From: Deltaproteobacteria bacterium | GTDB taxonomy: Bacteria; Myxococcota_A; Polyangia; Polyangiales; Houyiibacteriaceae | DNA length: 64,000 bases | Direction: 5' to 3' | NCBI GenBank assembly: GCA_034670305.1 | Contig: JAXMNT010000002.1 | Span: 192,001-256,000 of the forward strand | Part shown: positions 18,019 to 29,822 of the stretch, in pieces | Position numbering within the stretch: position 1 is the first letter of the stretch | Layout: each line of letters starts with the position of its first letter | Notes under the pieces: generated by a model | The model's database searches: none | What the model saw: only the letters and a program-made list of their open reading frames with translations | Told to the model about the DNA's origin: nothing | Program-made: the position numbers and the translations under genes

Positions 18019-21000
18019 ATGGCGGAGGTGGAGGAGCCGGACGAGGAAGCACTGCGGGTGGGCGGCGAGGGATCGGTGCGCCCGGGGACCGACGCAGACA
18101 CAGAAGCAGAAGCAGAAGCAGAAGCCGATGCAGAAGCAGAAGCAGAAGCCGATGCAGAAGCAGAAGCAGAAGCAGAAGCAGAAGCAGAAGCAGAAGCAGA
18201 AGCAGAAGCAGAAGCAGATGCCGATGCCGATGCCGATGCCGATGCCGATGCCGATGCCGATGCTTTGGCCGTGGACGACCGGATGGACGGCGGGGAGGTG
18301 GTGGCGAAGCCGTACGAGCCGAACGCGATCTTGCGGTGGGTGTACGGGCGGTTCTTCAGCCACATCCATGTAGACGAGACGTGGAGTGGCGCGGTGCGGG
18401 AGTCGGCACGCAAGGGGGTGGTCGTGTACGTGATGCGCAGCATCTCCTTCCTCGACTTCTTGTGTCTCGACTTCCTCCTGAAACGGTTCGGCCTGCCGCT
18501 CGTGCGGTTCGTCAACGATCTGGGGCTGTGGATCCTCGAACCCTTTGGCAAGGGCGGGCGCCGGCTCCGACTCAAGCGGCAGATCCCGGAAGCGCAGGCG
18601 CTCACCGACGTGATGAGTGAGCACTACTCCGCCCTGCTCTTCTTGAGACGCGCGCCAAGATTTGGCCGGACCGCGCGCAAGGGCCAGAAGCTCGAGACCG
18701 ATCTCATCCGCACGCTCGTGGAAGCACAGCGGAAGATCTCCGAACCCATTCTCCTCGTGCCGCAGACCTTCGTCTGGTCGAAGCTGCCGCCGAAGCGGCG
18801 GCGCAGCATCGTCGACCTCTTCTTCGGACCGGTGGAGTGGCCAGGGAAGATCCGCGTGTTCTTCCAGTTCCTCTTCAACTACCGCAACGCGCTCTTGCGC
18901 ACCGGAGAGCCCTTCGACCTCGCCGCCTTCATCGAAGGGCATCAGGAGCTCACCGACGCCGAGATCGCCGACAAGGTGCGGTACGCCATGCTGCGGCGAA
19001 TCCAGCGCGAACGAACGCTGGTGCTCGGGCCGACGAAGAAGACGCCGGGCCGGATCCAAGAAGAACTTTTGCGCAGCCCCCGAGTGCGACGGCACATCCT
19101 CGCAGCCGCGCGCACGTCGAAGAAGAAGATCCCGAAGATCGAACGGGAGGCGCGCAAGGACCTCGACAAACTCTGCGCGCAGCAGACCCCGTACATGCTG
19201 GGGGTCCTCTCGCGGTTGCTCAACTGGGTGTTCAGCCGGATCTACGACGGCGTGGTGGTCGACCCCGAAGGCATCGAGCGGGTCCGGGAAGCTGCGCGCG
19301 AGGGAACGCTGATCTACCTGCCGAGCCACAAGAGCCACGTGGACTACCTGGTGCTCAGCCACGTGCTCTACCACCGCGCGTTGGCACCGCCGCTCATCGC
19401 CGCCGGCGAGAACCTGAGCTTCTTTCCACTCGGTCCCATCCTTCGCCGCGGCGGCGCCTTCTTCATCAAACGTTCCTTCCGTGGCAAGAAGCTCTACGCG
19501 GCGCTGGTGGACGCGTACCTGCGGAAGCTCATCGTCGAAGGGTTCCCGATCGAGTTCTTCATCGAAGGCGGACGCTCCCGGACAGGCAAGTTGCTCGCCC
19601 CGAAGTTCGGGCTGCTCTCCATGGTGGTGGACGCGGCGCTCCGGCTCCGGATGCGCAAGGTCTTCTTCGTCCCGATCTCGATCGGCTACGAGCGGGTGAT
19701 CGAAGAGCGCAGCTACGTGCACGAACTCGGTGGCGGAGAGAAGCAGGACGAGAACGTCGGCGGGCTCTTGAAGACGCCCGATGTGCTCCGCTCGAAGTAC
19801 GGGCGGCTCTACGTACAGTTCGGCAAGATCCTCTCGTTTCAGGACGCGCTCGACGAGGTGGTCGGCCAAGGCAAGTCGGACGACCGCGAGGCGATCACGC
19901 CGAAGCAGCGCCGCGCGCTCGTGCAGCGCATCGCGCACCGCGTCACGTACCGCATCGACCGGGTCACCGTCGTCACCCCAGCGGCGTTGGTGGCGTCGGC
20001 GCTTCTGGTGCACCGCCGCCGCGGCATCACCCAGCGCGCGCTCTTCGAACGGTGCCGGGTGTTGCTCGACTCCCTTCAGCGCCTCGGTGCCCGCATCGCC
20101 GACTCCCTGCTCACCGAGAGCGACGAGCTGCGTCTCGACACCCTGGAGGAAGCGCTCCAGCTCTTCGAAGACGCCAAGCTCATCAAACGCGCGGAGGCCG
20201 CCGAAGCGATCTTCCAGGTGCAGGACCAGCGGAGGCTCGCGCTCGAGTACTACAAGAACAACATCGTGCACTTCTTCGTGCCGTCCGCGCTGATCGGCGC
20301 CGTGTTGCAAGCGAGCGGCGACGTCCTGTTGACCGAAGACGAACTGCACCAGCGGGTTCAGGTGCTCTCGCGCCTGTTCAAGTATGAGTTCATGTTCCGC
20401 GCCGACGCGCCTTTCGACGACATCTTCGACGACGCGCTCGCGACCATGCTCGACGCGGGCGAGATCGAACGCGTCGAACCCCGCCGACGCCGAGACGACG
20501 ACAACCCACTTGCCGCGCTCGAAGGCGTCGCGCTCGAGGATGTGGATTCGGATGTGGATGGCGAAGCCGAAGCCGAAGCCGAAGCCGAAGCCGAAGCCGA
20601 AGCCGAAGCCGAGCCCGAATCCGAAGCCGGAGCCGGAGCCGATGCCGATGCCGATGCCGATGCCGATGCCGATGCCGATGCCGATGCCGATGCCGATGCC
20701 GATGCCGATGCCGATGCCGATGCCGATGCCGACGCCGAAGCCGACACCGACGCCGACACCGAAGCCGACACCGAAGCCGAAGCCGAAGCCGACACCGACG
20801 CCGACGCCGACGCCGACACCGAAGCCGACAGTGACGGGACGGTTTTGCGGCAGGGGGGTGGGGTCGCGGGGCGCCGGGTGGAGATGTACGCCGCGATGCT
20901 GCGCGCGTACATCGAGGCGTACCTGCTCGCGGTGCGTGCGGTGAGCGGACTGGACCCTGAAGGCGTGGACCGCAAGGGCTGGGTGAAGCGCACGCTCGCG

Positions 21001-21198
21001 CTCGGGCAGCGCAGTTACCTGGCCGGGGAACTCGAACACCGCGAAGCGCTCTCGAAGCCCAAACTCGAAGCCGCCCTCGCCTCATTGAAGGATCAGAAAC
21101 TGGTGCGGTTCGGACCGGACGAGACGTTGTTGCCCGGCGGCAAGGGATCCGAACTCGTGCAGCTCGAGCGCCGGCTCGCGTCCCTGTTGCGCGACTGA
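18019..21198 (+). CDS. plsB: Glycerol-3-phosphate acyltransferase (PlsB-like) with two acidic dipeptide-repeat tracts
   Basis: PSHKSHVD (HX4D), [24 protein letters not shown] motifs. Confidence 0.9.
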   Translation: MAEVEEPDEEALRVGGEGSVRPGTDADTEAEAEAEADAEAEAEADAEAEAEAEAEAEAEAEAEAEADADADADADADADADALAVDDRMDGGEVVAKPYEPNAILRWVYGRFFSHIHVDETWSGAVRESARKGVVVYVMRSISFLDFLCLDFLLKRFGLPLVRFVNDLGLWILEPFGKGGRRLRLKRQIPEAQALTDVMSEHYSALLFLRRAPRFGRTARKGQKLETDLIRTLVEAQRKISEPILLVPQTFVWSKLPPKRRRSIVDLFFGPVEWPGKIRVFFQFLFNYRNALLRTGEPFDLAAFIEGHQELTDAEIADKVRYAMLRRIQRERTLVLGPTKKTPGRIQEELLRSPRVRRHILAAARTSKKKIPKIEREARKDLDKLCAQQTPYMLGVLSRLLNWVFSRIYDGVVVDPEGIERVREAAREGTLIYLPSHKSHVDYLVLSHVLYHRALAPPLIAAGENLSFFPLGPILRRGGAFFIKRSFRGKKLYAALVDAYLRKLIVEGFPIEFFIEGGRSRTGKLLAPKFGLLSMVVDAALRLRMRKVFFVPISIGYERVIEERSYVHELGGGEKQDENVGGLLKTPDVLRSKYGRLYVQFGKILSFQDALDEVVGQGKSDDREAITPKQRRALVQRIAHRVTYRIDRVTVVTPAALVASALLVHRRRGITQRALFERCRVLLDSLQRLGARIADSLLTESDELRLDTLEEALQLFEDAKLIKRAEAAEAIFQVQDQRRLALEYYKNNIVHFFVPSALIGAVLQASGDVLLTEDELHQRVQVLSRLFKYEFMFRADAPFDDIFDDALATMLDAGEIERVEPRRRRDDDNPLAALEGVALEDVDSDVDGEAEAEAEAEAEAEAEAEPESEAGAGADADADADADADADADADADADADADADADADAEADTDADTEADTEAEAEADTDADADADTEADSDGTVLRQGGGVAGRRVEMYAAMLRAYIEAYLLAVRAVSGLDPEGVDRKGWVKRTLALGQRSYLAGELEHREALSKPKLEAALASLKDQKLVRFGPDETLLPGGKGSELVQLERRLASLLRD
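18088..18263 (+). repeat. Hexamer tract 4: (GCAGAA)n(GCCGAT)n, reads (AE)n(AD)n at the PlsB N-terminus
   Basis: Tandem hexamers in frame with plsB. Confidence 0.95.
20563..20829 (+). repeat. Hexamer tract 5: (GAAGCC)n(GATGCC)n(GACACC) in frame inside plsB
   Basis: About 90-codon AE/AD/DT tract; normal protein sequence resumes after it. Confidence 0.95.
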
Positions 21199-21246
21199 CC
21201 GCGCAGAGCCCGCGCCAGCCCGGCAGCAGAGTGCGCAGCTTCGCAG

Positions 21247-22074
21247 CTACGTCCAGTGGCGGCAGACCGGTTGCATCACGCACCGCCCGCAGGCGTCGTC
21301 GTTGCGCGCGCTGGGACACGCCTTCGAGACGCCGAGGTGGCAGATCGCGAAGTCGTACTTCACCGGATCGGCCGCATCGAACCGGCGAAGCGAAGCGGTG
21401 ATCGACTCGGCCGTCTTCCACGACGCGTCACGCCGCTCGGTCAGCCCGAGGTTGAACGCGATGCGCTGTACGTGCGTGTCGACTGGGATGAGGAGGCTCG
21501 CTGGAGCGAGCGGCCACTGACCGAGGTCGATCCCATCGTCGGGCCGGATCATCCAGCGCAGCCAGAGCCAGAGCCGCTTGCACGCGCTGCCCGCCCGCGC
21601 GTTCGGCACGAGGTGTGCGAGGCCGCGGTCGACGTTCGGTCCCCGAAGCGCGTCCCCAAACCGGGCGAGCGCTTCCTGCGTGCCGTGGAATTGCAACGAC
21701 GCGAACGCCGCACCGAGCGTTCCATGTTGACGCCGCACGAGCGACGCGCGGTGCAGCAAGGTCGCCACGTGTTCGCCTCGGTAGACCCGGTGCTTGAACC
21801 CAGCGAGCCGACGAAGCAGCTTGGGTTTGCCCATCGCGATCGCTTGCGCGGGCGGCCCGTCGAGCGCCTCGAGCACCCGGGCGATGCTCCGGCGGATCGA
21901 GGTCACGTTCCCGAAGGCCAGGCTCGACGCGAGCAGCGCCACCACCTCGCGGTCGTCCGGATCCTCGTACGCACGCACGAGGCCCACCGGGTCGTCGTGG
22001 ATCTTCGCGGCGGGATCGAGGTCCGCCAGCAGCGCGTCGAGTCGAGACTTGAGCGCCCGGTCGCTCCGGTTCAT
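21247..22074 (-). CDS. TIGR02757 family protein (HhH-GPD-like) with C-terminal Cys cluster
   Basis: [34 protein letters not shown]-x8-C-x2-C-x5-C tail; start re-assigned to ATG 22074. Confidence 0.88.
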   Translation of the reverse strand: MNRSDRALKSRLDALLADLDPAAKIHDDPVGLVRAYEDPDDREVVALLASSLAFGNVTSIRRSIARVLEALDGPPAQAIAMGKPKLLRRLAGFKHRVYRGEHVATLLHRASLVRRQHGTLGAAFASLQFHGTQEALARFGDALRGPNVDRGLAHLVPNARAGSACKRLWLWLRWMIRPDDGIDLGQWPLAPASLLIPVDTHVQRIAFNLGLTERRDASWKTAESITASLRRFDAADPVKYDFAICHLGVSKACPSARNDDACGRCVMQPVCRHWT

Positions 22075-22095
22075 CTCGCTGCTATAGCGCACGCC

Positions 22096-23391
22096 GTGAG
22101 TCCCGGGTCCCACTTCCCACGCGCCCCCTCTGAACTCGTGCGTCGCACCGTCGCGGAACTCGTGCTCTGCATCGCGGTGGTCTGCGGTGCTTCCGCCGCG
22201 CGCGCACAACCGGCGACCGAAGACGCCATCCGCGAACCATCCGGCCCCTACTGGCTCGACGTCGGGGCCCGAAGCGCGCGTCTGCTCTACGAACACGGCG
22301 GAGACGCGCTCGACATCCAGAGCACCGCGGGCATCGTCGACGCCATCGCGCGGCCCGGCCCGGACGGTGGACGGCTGCACGAGATCCTGCTCGACGAACT
22401 GGAGCCCGGGCAGCGCTACGAGGTCACCCTCACCGGACCGGCGGGCGCGACGACGACCTCGATCCAGACTCCGCCGATCGGTGGGGATCTGTCGCTGCTC
22501 GTCTACGGCGACGTGCGCACGAACCACGCAGTCCACCGGCGCGTGGTCCGGCAGATGGCGACCCACGAAGACGCGCACGCGGTGCTGCACACCGGCGATT
22601 TCGTCGAGGTCGGCGGCCGGCCCGCCGACTGGCATACCTACTTCGAGATCGCCGCCCCCCTGCTCGAGACGCGGGCGCTCTTTCCGTGCCTCGGCAACCA
22701 CGAGATCTACGGGCCCGGAGGCCGCCGGCGGTTTCACCGCTACTTCATGCCGACCGCACAGACCGAGTACGCGGCGTGGACCTACGGACCGGTCCGAATC
22801 ATCAGCGTCGACTCGAACGACGAGTTCGGCGAAGACAGCCACCAACTCGAATGGCTGCAGAACGAACTCGAATCTGCCCGCGACCACGAGGGGGTCCGGT
22901 TCGTGGTCGTGCTCCTCCACCACGGACCCATCTCGAGCGGTCGCCACGGAGACCACCGGCGGCTGCGCCCCCTCGGGGTCGTGGACTGGTTGCGCGCGGC
23001 CAAGGTCGACCTCGTGATCAGTGGCCACGACCACATGTACGAGCGCGGGACCGAGGACGGGCTCAAGTACATCGTCACCGGTGGCGGGGGCGCGCCCCTT
23101 TACGACGTGAACCGTCACCACCCTGCCCAGCAAGCGTTCGCGATCCAGCACCACTTCTTGCGGCTCGACTTCGAAGGCGACGCCATGCGCCTGACCACGA
23201 TCGACGACGAGGGCGAGGACCTGGAGCGCTGCGAAGCGAACGGCCAAGCCGGACCCTGGCGGTGTGCCCTGGAGGTCGGCCGCGCCCAAGGCCAGCCGCC
23301 CCCGACCGGAATGCACTGGATCGTCTGGCTTGCGATCGGCCTCGTGCTCTTCGCCGCCGCCCTCTTCTGGCGCAGCCGACTCCGCCGGTAG
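22096..23391 (+). CDS. Exported metallophosphoesterase (purple acid phosphatase-like) with C-terminal membrane anchor
   Basis: Signal-like N-terminus, [26 protein letters not shown]-terminal TM plus Arg tail. Confidence 0.85.
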   Translation: MSPGSHFPRAPSELVRRTVAELVLCIAVVCGASAARAQPATEDAIREPSGPYWLDVGARSARLLYEHGGDALDIQSTAGIVDAIARPGPDGGRLHEILLDELEPGQRYEVTLTGPAGATTTSIQTPPIGGDLSLLVYGDVRTNHAVHRRVVRQMATHEDAHAVLHTGDFVEVGGRPADWHTYFEIAAPLLETRALFPCLGNHEIYGPGGRRRFHRYFMPTAQTEYAAWTYGPVRIISVDSNDEFGEDSHQLEWLQNELESARDHEGVRFVVVLLHHGPISSGRHGDHRRLRPLGVVDWLRAAKVDLVISGHDHMYERGTEDGLKYIVTGGGGAPLYDVNRHHPAQQAFAIQHHFLRLDFEGDAMRLTTIDDEGEDLERCEANGQAGPWRCALEVGRAQGQPPPTGMHWIVWLAIGLVLFAAALFWRSRLRR

Positions 23392-23395
23392 AAGG

Positions 23396-23679
23396 TCGGG
23401 CTTCGGCGTCGGCATCGGCGTCGGCTTCGGCTTCGGCTTCGGCTTCGGCTTCGGGGTCGGCGTCGGCATCGGCGTCGGCTTCGGCGTCGGCTTCGGCATC
23501 GGCGTCGGCTTCGGCATCGGCTTCGGCTTCGGCTTCGGCTTCGGCTTCGGCTTCGGCATCGGCATCGGCATCGGCATCGGCATCGGCGTCGGCGTCGGCT
23601 TCGGCTTCGGCTTCGGCGTCGGAGGAACCACAGGCACGGGCACGGGCACGGGCACGGGCACGGGCATGGGCGGGCGGGG
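23396..23679. repeat. Composite hexamer tract 6: (NTCGGC)n then (GGGCAC)n
   Basis: About 37 NTCGGC units, short spacer, GGGCAC units. Confidence 0.95.
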
Positions 23680-23728
23680 ACCATCATCTCCCAGAGCAGG
23701 CGTCGACGCGGGGTGCTACGGTCCGCGC

Positions 23729-24355
23729 GTGAGCGATTCGGAGCGAGACCTGACTGGGCGCTGCGGAACCTGTGGCTGGTTCAAACGCATGGGCGAAGAC
23801 GAGCGTGGGGCACACGGCGAGTGCAAACTCGGCATGGGGTTCCCGCCGCTGCGCGACACCGGCACCTGCCCCCGCCACAAAGCGATCGGTGCTTCGTTCG
23901 CAGGTTCCCTCAAAGTCAAAGCCGTCGCCGGCACGCCCAAGCGGCACCGGCCGGACACCGAGACCGTTCAAGAGCGTCCGACCATTCCCAAGGAGATAGG
24001 CATCGACATGGACCAAGACCAATTCCGTCAAGTGCTTCGGGAGGTGCTCCTCGACGAACTCGGCGTGCGCGACGTGCAGATGGGCGACCGCTGGGTAGAC
24101 GGGGAGCTCGTGCTCAAGCCGGGCAAAGAAGGCACCGCAGACAAGTCGATCCCGCTCGATGTCTTCTTCCGCAAGATCGTGGGCGTCCGAGAGAAGCTCC
24201 GAGTGCTCGAGCAGAAGGTCAACGGCAACAAGTCGCTCGGCAGCGCGGAGAAGCTGCAACTGCAGCAGTACATCACCGCCTGCTACGGCTCGCTGACTTC
24301 CTTCAACGTGCTCTTCAAGGACAAGAAGGATCATTTCGTCGGCCAGAAGAGCTGA
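23729..24355 (+). CDS. Hypothetical protein with N-terminal Cys motif (CxxC...C...CxxH)
   Basis: GTG 23729; gene-like codon usage; C-terminal LQQYITACYGSLTSFNVLF region. Confidence 0.7.
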   Translation: MSDSERDLTGRCGTCGWFKRMGEDERGAHGECKLGMGFPPLRDTGTCPRHKAIGASFAGSLKVKAVAGTPKRHRPDTETVQERPTIPKEIGIDMDQDQFRQVLREVLLDELGVRDVQMGDRWVDGELVLKPGKEGTADKSIPLDVFFRKIVGVREKLRVLEQKVNGNKSLGSAEKLQLQQYITACYGSLTSFNVLFKDKKDHFVGQKS

Positions 24356-24356
24356 C

Positions 24357-24920
24357 GTGCGTTGGCCTGCGCGACTCGGTGGGCTGCTCCTGGTGCTCTC
24401 CGCCTGCGGAACGACGAACCAGGCGGTGGTGGGCCAGTCGACGGGCGGCCCTCCCGAGACGCCCATCGAGCTCGCGCTTCGCCGGCCTGCAGGCGACTGG
24501 ATCCATGTCGGAGACCTGCGCGGGCGACCGGTGCTCCTGTTCGTCTTCGCGACCTACGACCCGGCCTGCCAGGCCGCGCTTCGACCCCTCTCGCGCTTCG
24601 CGCGCCACCATCCGGACGTGCATGTGATCGGTGTCGCTGCACAGCCGGACGCAGAGTTGCTGGTGGACGCCTACGAGTCCGCGCTCACCCCCGGCTTCCC
24701 GCTCACCTACGACCCCGAGCACGACCTCCGGTACGGCACGAGCCCGCTCGGGCGCATCGCCGGCATCCCGCTCTTCATCATGCTGGACGCCTCCGGCTTC
24801 GAAGTCGGCCGCTACCACGGCTTCCCGAGCTCCCGCTCGCTCGACATGCTGCTCGAGCGCGCCCGCGCCCGCGGCGGAGAACACGAGCCGGCCACGGACG
24901 TCCCGCTGCTCGCGGACTGA
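24357..24920 (+). CDS. TlpA/redoxin-like thioredoxin-fold lipoprotein
   Basis: LSAC lipobox, [18 protein letters not shown] (DxxC in place of CxxC), GIP cis-Pro motif. Confidence 0.7.
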   Translation: MRWPARLGGLLLVLSACGTTNQAVVGQSTGGPPETPIELALRRPAGDWIHVGDLRGRPVLLFVFATYDPACQAALRPLSRFARHHPDVHVIGVAAQPDAELLVDAYESALTPGFPLTYDPEHDLRYGTSPLGRIAGIPLFIMLDASGFEVGRYHGFPSSRSLDMLLERARARGGEHEPATDVPLLAD

Positions 24921-24933
24921 GTCCGGGAGCCCC

Positions 24934-25298
<365 letters not shown>

Positions 25299-25350
25299 GC
25301 ACGGGCCGCTTCCGCTTCGATGAATGCCGGGGCGGGGGTATGCTGCGCGC

Positions 25351-26235
25351 ATGTCGGTTCAAGTGTTCGTCGTCACCGGGCTGAGCGGCGCGGGCCGAAG
25401 CACCGCGCTGCATGTCCTCGAGGACGTGGGGTTCTACTGTTGCGACAACCTCCCGCCCGAACTCGCGCCCCGGCTCGTGGAGATCGCCAAAGCCGGCGGA
25501 CTCGAACAACTCGGCCTCGGCGTGGATGTGCGGACCGGTGAGTTTCTGAGCGGCGCAGACGGCGTCATCTCGACGCTGCGCTCCGAAGGCAACCAGGTCG
25601 AAGTGCTCTTCTTCGACTGCGCCGACCGGGTGCTGATCCGACGCTACAGCGAGAGCCGCCGGCCCCATCCGCTTGCGCCCGGAGGCGACCTGACCGCCGC
25701 GATCCGATCGGAACGCGCGCGCTTGTCGCCGCTGCGCGCCGACGCGGCGCACGTCTTCGACACCACCGAGATGAGCGTGCACGATCTGAAGCGGGCGCTG
25801 CTCGATCACCTGGCCCGCGGGGGCGAAGCCCACACGATGGTCACACGCGTGCTCTCGTTCGGGTTCAAGTACGGTCTGCCCGCGGACGCGGACCTCGTCT
25901 TCGACCTCCGCTACCTGCCGAACCCGCACCATGTGCGTGCCCTGCGTCCGCAAACCGGCCTCGAAGAAGCGGTCTCCGAGTACGTGTTGCAGAACGAAGA
26001 AACCGAAGAGCTCCTTGGTGACCTCGAGCAGCTCTTCGCCCACACGCTCCCGAGGTACGAACGCGAAGGCAAGGCGTACCTCACCATCGCGATCGGTTGC
26101 ACCGGCGGGCGGCACCGCAGCGTGGCCGTCGCGGAAGAGCTCACCAAGCGGCTGCGGAAACACCGCGACGTCTCGATCTCCCACCGAGACGTCGAACGGG
26201 CCGGACCACGACCCAAACCCGACCCGACTTCGTGA
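25351..26235 (+). CDS. rapZ: RNase adapter / P-loop NTP-binding protein RapZ (YvcJ family)
   Basis: [35 protein letters not shown]. Confidence 0.95.
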   Translation: MSVQVFVVTGLSGAGRSTALHVLEDVGFYCCDNLPPELAPRLVEIAKAGGLEQLGLGVDVRTGEFLSGADGVISTLRSEGNQVEVLFFDCADRVLIRRYSESRRPHPLAPGGDLTAAIRSERARLSPLRADAAHVFDTTEMSVHDLKRALLDHLARGGEAHTMVTRVLSFGFKYGLPADADLVFDLRYLPNPHHVRALRPQTGLEEAVSEYVLQNEETEELLGDLEQLFAHTLPRYEREGKAYLTIAIGCTGGRHRSVAVAEELTKRLRKHRDVSISHRDVERAGPRPKPDPTS

Positions 26236-26504
26236 CCACCGAGCGCAGCTTCGAGATCGTCAACAAGCTTGGGCTGCACGCACGCGCCGCCGCCAAACTG
26301 GTCCGCTGCGCCGGTGGTTTTCAGAGCCACGTCGAGGTCGAGAAGGACGGACAACGCGCCGACGCCAAGAGCATCATGGGCGTGCTCTTGCTCTGCGGTG
26401 AGTGCGGCTCCCGGCTCACAGTGCGTGCCGAGGGTGAAGACGCCGAAGAAGCGGTGACGGCCATCGGAGCCCTCATCGCGGGCCGGTTCGGCGAAGACTC
26501 GTGA
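26232..26504 (+). CDS. ptsH: Phosphocarrier protein HPr
   Basis: GLHARAA (His15) and DAKSIMG (Ser46); GTG overlaps rapZ stop. Confidence 0.95.
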   Translation: MTTERSFEIVNKLGLHARAAAKLVRCAGGFQSHVEVEKDGQRADAKSIMGVLLLCGECGSRLTVRAEGEDAEEAVTAIGALIAGRFGEDS

Positions 26505-28255
26505 CCGACGGCGACCTACCTGGGCCCATGCGGCTCGAAGCGCGCGGCATCGGTGCTTCGCCGGGCATCGCGGTCTCGACGTTGCACCTCGTGCCGCGGC
26601 CCGGACGCGCACGGCATCGCCGGGTTCGAGATCGAGCCAAAGAAGCCGAGCGGCTCCGCGGTGCGATCGACGCGAGCCGCGCCGAGATCGAAGACGCACG
26701 CGATGGGCTGACCGAAGAGATGGCGCTGGTGCTCGACGCGCAACTCTTGATGCACAGCGATGCCCTCCTGGTCGAAGCGGCCGTGCAGCACATCGTGACG
26801 GATGGGCTCGGCGCGGAGTGGGCCCTCGAACGTACCGTCGCCGCGCTCAAGAAGCCGCTGCTCGCCGCGTCGTCTCGCTACTTTCGAGAACGGGCGCACG
26901 ACATCGAACACGTCGGCCAACACATTCTTCGACACCTGCGCGGCGACGAGCGCCTCATGTTGCCCGACGGGGCGCGGGTCTTGGTGGCGAACGATCTCGC
27001 CGCGACCGATGCGGTGCGGGTGCTCGGCGACGCGCGGGTGCTCGGTCTCGTCACCGAACTCGGCAGCGCCACGAGCCACACAGCGCTCTTGGCGCGCGCC
27101 TTCGGCGTGCCTGCCGTGGTCGGCGTGCAGGGGCTGGCGATGCGGGCGCTCGCACCCGGGACGCCCATCGTGGTGGATGGCCTCAGCGGCCGGGTCGTGG
27201 TCTGTCCCACCGCGGCGGAGTCCACCGACGCCACCGAGCGGTCGACGCGCTACCGGTCCTTTGCGAGCGCGCTCCGAGCCAAAGCGGACGAGCCGGTGCA
27301 GACCGTGGACGGCGCCGCGGTCACGCTGCTGGCCAACATCGAACTCCCGGCCGAAGCGTCCTCGGCCTCGGTGCGCGGGGCCGCTGGCGTCGGCCTCTAC
27401 CGAACGGAGTACCTTTACGTCGAACGCGACGAGCCACCGGACGAGGAGACGCAGGTGGCGGTCTACCGCGAGGTCATCGAGGCGTGTGCCCCCGTCACCC
27501 TCCGGACGTTCGATCTGGGCGGCGACAAACTTCCTCGGCAACTTCGTTTTCCTCCCGGCGCCAACCCCGCGCTGGGCGTCCGCGCCACCCGGCTGTGGGC
27601 GCGCGAACCCGAACTCATGGAGACTCAGATCCGTGCCGTGCTGCGCGCCGCGAGCGCTGGTGAAGTGGAGCTGATGTTCCCGCTCGTCGAAGGCCCCGAA
27701 CACATGCGCACGTTGCGGGACCGGGTGCGCGCCTGCGCCGAGGCGTTGCGCGCCGATGGGACCGAGGTGCCAGAGATCCCGCTCGGCGCGATGGTCGAAC
27801 TGCCGAGCGCCGCGGTGATGGCGACCGCCCTGTGTGAGGTCGCGGACTTTCTCTCGGTCGGGACCAACGACCTCGTGCAGTACACGCTCGGGGTCGACCG
27901 GACGAACCCGGAGGTCGCCCACCTCGCGGACCCGCTGCACCCCGCGGTCCTGCATCTGCTCTCGCAGACCGTGGAGGCCGCGGATGCGAGCGGCACGCCG
28001 CTGACGATGTGCGGCGACATGGCGACGGATCTTGTCGCGTTGCCGGTCGCGCTCGGGCTCGGGTTCCGGTGCTTCTCGGTACCGGTCTCCATGCTGCCGT
28101 TTGTCCAGGAGCTCATCCGGCGTGTCGACTTGGCTGCGCTCACGGCACTGGGTGGGCAGGCGCTGCGGGAGACCTCGACCGCGGCGGTGCGGGCGCTCGT
28201 TCGGGAGGCGCTCGAGGGGACGTTGGGTGGACTGTGGGTGGAGCTGCAGGCGTGA
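26501..28255 (+). CDS. ptsI: PEP-protein phosphotransferase (PTS enzyme I)
   Basis: TSHTA phospho-His, GLYRTE, RTFDLGGDK, SVGTNDL, MCG. Confidence 0.95.
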   Translation: MTDGDLPGPMRLEARGIGASPGIAVSTLHLVPRPGRARHRRVRDRAKEAERLRGAIDASRAEIEDARDGLTEEMALVLDAQLLMHSDALLVEAAVQHIVTDGLGAEWALERTVAALKKPLLAASSRYFRERAHDIEHVGQHILRHLRGDERLMLPDGARVLVANDLAATDAVRVLGDARVLGLVTELGSATSHTALLARAFGVPAVVGVQGLAMRALAPGTPIVVDGLSGRVVVCPTAAESTDATERSTRYRSFASALRAKADEPVQTVDGAAVTLLANIELPAEASSASVRGAAGVGLYRTEYLYVERDEPPDEETQVAVYREVIEACAPVTLRTFDLGGDKLPRQLRFPPGANPALGVRATRLWAREPELMETQIRAVLRAASAGEVELMFPLVEGPEHMRTLRDRVRACAEALRADGTEVPEIPLGAMVELPSAAVMATALCEVADFLSVGTNDLVQYTLGVDRTNPEVAHLADPLHPAVLHLLSQTVEAADASGTPLTMCGDMATDLVALPVALGLGFRCFSVPVSMLPFVQELIRRVDLAALTALGGQALRETSTAAVRALVREALEGTLGGLWVELQA

Positions 28256-29316
28256 GTGCCACGCAGCGGTGGCTGCTGGGCGTGTGGGTCGCGGGGGCGT
28301 TGGCGGGGTGTGGTGGGGCTGCTTCGGAAGCGGTGGCCGCGCAGGCGGAAGCCGAAGCCGAAGCGGAAGCCGAAGCCGCAGTTGAAGGCGACTCCGAAGG
28401 CGACTCCGAAGCCGACTCCGAAGGCGACTCCGAAGCCGAAGCCGAAGCCGACTCCGAAGCCGACTCCGAAGCCGAAGCCGAAGCCGAAGCCGAAGCCGAA
28501 GCCGATGCCGATGCCGACTCCGAAGCCGACTCCGATGCCGACTCCGCCGAATCCGAAGCCGGTTCCGAATCCGGCTCCGCCCTCTCCTTCTCGCTTCGGG
28601 AGGTGCAGGTGGAGCGGGGGTCGCATCGGGTGCCGGGGGATGCACCGCATGCGGTGGTGATCGAAGCGGGGGCGCCTCGGTGGATCGTGGTCTTCTTGCA
28701 CGGGTGGAGTGGGTGCGTGCGGGTGTTGGCGCATCCGGGGTTCGTGACCTGTCGACCGTCGGATCCGTCGCGGGCGCGGCGGGCGGGGTGGGATCTGCGG
28801 GGCACGTTCGAGTCCGCCGGCGTGCCAGCCGTGTTCGTACTGGCGCAGCTCTCGTTCAACCGCCGGGAGGGGGGCGCGGGGCGGTTTCTCGAAGAGGGGT
28901 TTGCGCGCGACTACTTGGCGGCGCTCGGGCTGCCGGACGATCTCCCCATCGCACTGGTCGCCCACAGCGCGGGGTTCGAGACCGCGCTGGCGTGGATTCG
29001 ACGAGGCGGGCTCGACGGGCGCATTCGCTCGATTGCGCTGATGGACGCGCTCTACGCGGGGACGGAACCGTTCGCCGATTGGGTCGCCGACGACGAGGCC
29101 CGGACGCTCGTCAGCTGGCACACCGGCCGGGGCAGCACCGCCCGGCAGAACGCCCGGCTCGTGGGGCTGCTCGCGGGACGATCGGTGGCGGTGTCCGAGA
29201 CCCTCGGACCAAGCCGCGCCATGGTCGCCCTCACCGAGGCCCCGCATGGGGAGGTGCCGACCGAACACCTCGTCGAGTACCTGCAATGGCTCGACGCACG
29301 CCGGGAGGCGCGCTAA
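28252..29316 (+). CDS. Lipoprotein with acidic repeat linker and alpha/beta-hydrolase-like domain
   Basis: LAGC lipobox, VFLHGW, AHSAG nucleophile elbow, LMDALY, terminal PHG; GTG overlaps ptsI stop. Confidence 0.65.
   Translation: MSATQRWLLGVWVAGALAGCGGAASEAVAAQAEAEAEAEAEAAVEGDSEGDSEADSEGDSEAEAEADSEADSEAEAEAEAEAEADADADSEADSDADSAESEAGSESGSALSFSLREVQVERGSHRVPGDAPHAVVIEAGAPRWIVVFLHGWSGCVRVLAHPGFVTCRPSDPSRARRAGWDLRGTFESAGVPAVFVLAQLSFNRREGGAGRFLEEGFARDYLAALGLPDDLPIALVAHSAGFETALAWIRRGGLDGRIRSIALMDALYAGTEPFADWVADDEARTLVSWHTGRGSTARQNARLVGLLAGRSVAVSETLGPSRAMVALTEAPHGEVPTEHLVEYLQWLDARREAR
28345..28578 (+). repeat. Hexamer tract 8: (GCCGAA)/(GACTCC) in frame in the hydrolase lipoprotein
   Basis: Encodes AEAEADSE... 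Confidence 0.9.
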
Positions 29317-29325
29317 ACGCCGGCC

Positions 29326-29784
29326 ATGCCGCGCCCCAACCTCACGCAACTCATCGAAGAGTCGCGGGTCAGGCTGCGCCTCGAGACGGCCGAGAAAAGC
29401 GACCTGCTTCGGGAGCTCGCGATGATCTTCGCACTGGACGACCCGCAGCTCGACCTGGACGCGATCACCGAGCGCCTGCTGGCGCGCGAAGCGCTCGGCA
29501 CAACGGGGCTCGGAAGCGGCGTCGCCATCCCGCACGGCCGCATCCCGGGGCTCGATTCGTTTCGGATCGCTTTGGCGATCGAGCCCTCCGGCATCCCGTT
29601 CGACGCGGTCGACGGGGAACCGGTGTCGATCTTCGTCGCGATCCTCGCGCCTGCCAGTCAAGACGGCGCCCACCTGCGGCTCCTCGCCGAGGTCTCGCGG
29701 GTGCTTCGACCGAACTCGATGCGGGAAGCCCTGCTCGCAGCGAAGTCTCCAGCCGAAGTGGTCGCGCTCTTCGACCAGCACTAG
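29326..29784 (+). CDS. ptsN: PTS IIA-like nitrogen-regulatory protein
   Basis: REALGTTGLGSGVAIPHGR, FDAVDGEPV, HLRLLA. Confidence 0.9.
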   Translation: MPRPNLTQLIEESRVRLRLETAEKSDLLRELAMIFALDDPQLDLDAITERLLAREALGTTGLGSGVAIPHGRIPGLDSFRIALAIEPSGIPFDAVDGEPVSIFVAILAPASQDGAHLRLLAEVSRVLRPNSMREALLAAKSPAEVVALFDQH

Positions 29785-29822
29785 CCCCTGAGCGCACTCA
29801 GCCGCTGCGGTACACTGGCGCC

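Noticed and set aside
17644-21039. 1131-aa minus-strand ORF with GF/GI/CF dipeptide runs
   Set aside because: Antisense shadow of plsB; high-GC codon bias and stop-free hexamer tracts keep it open.
21247-23667. 806-aa and 711-aa overlapping ORFs as fusions
   Set aside because: They resolve into two divergent genes starting near 22074 (-) and 22096 (+); the extensions are shadows or repeats.
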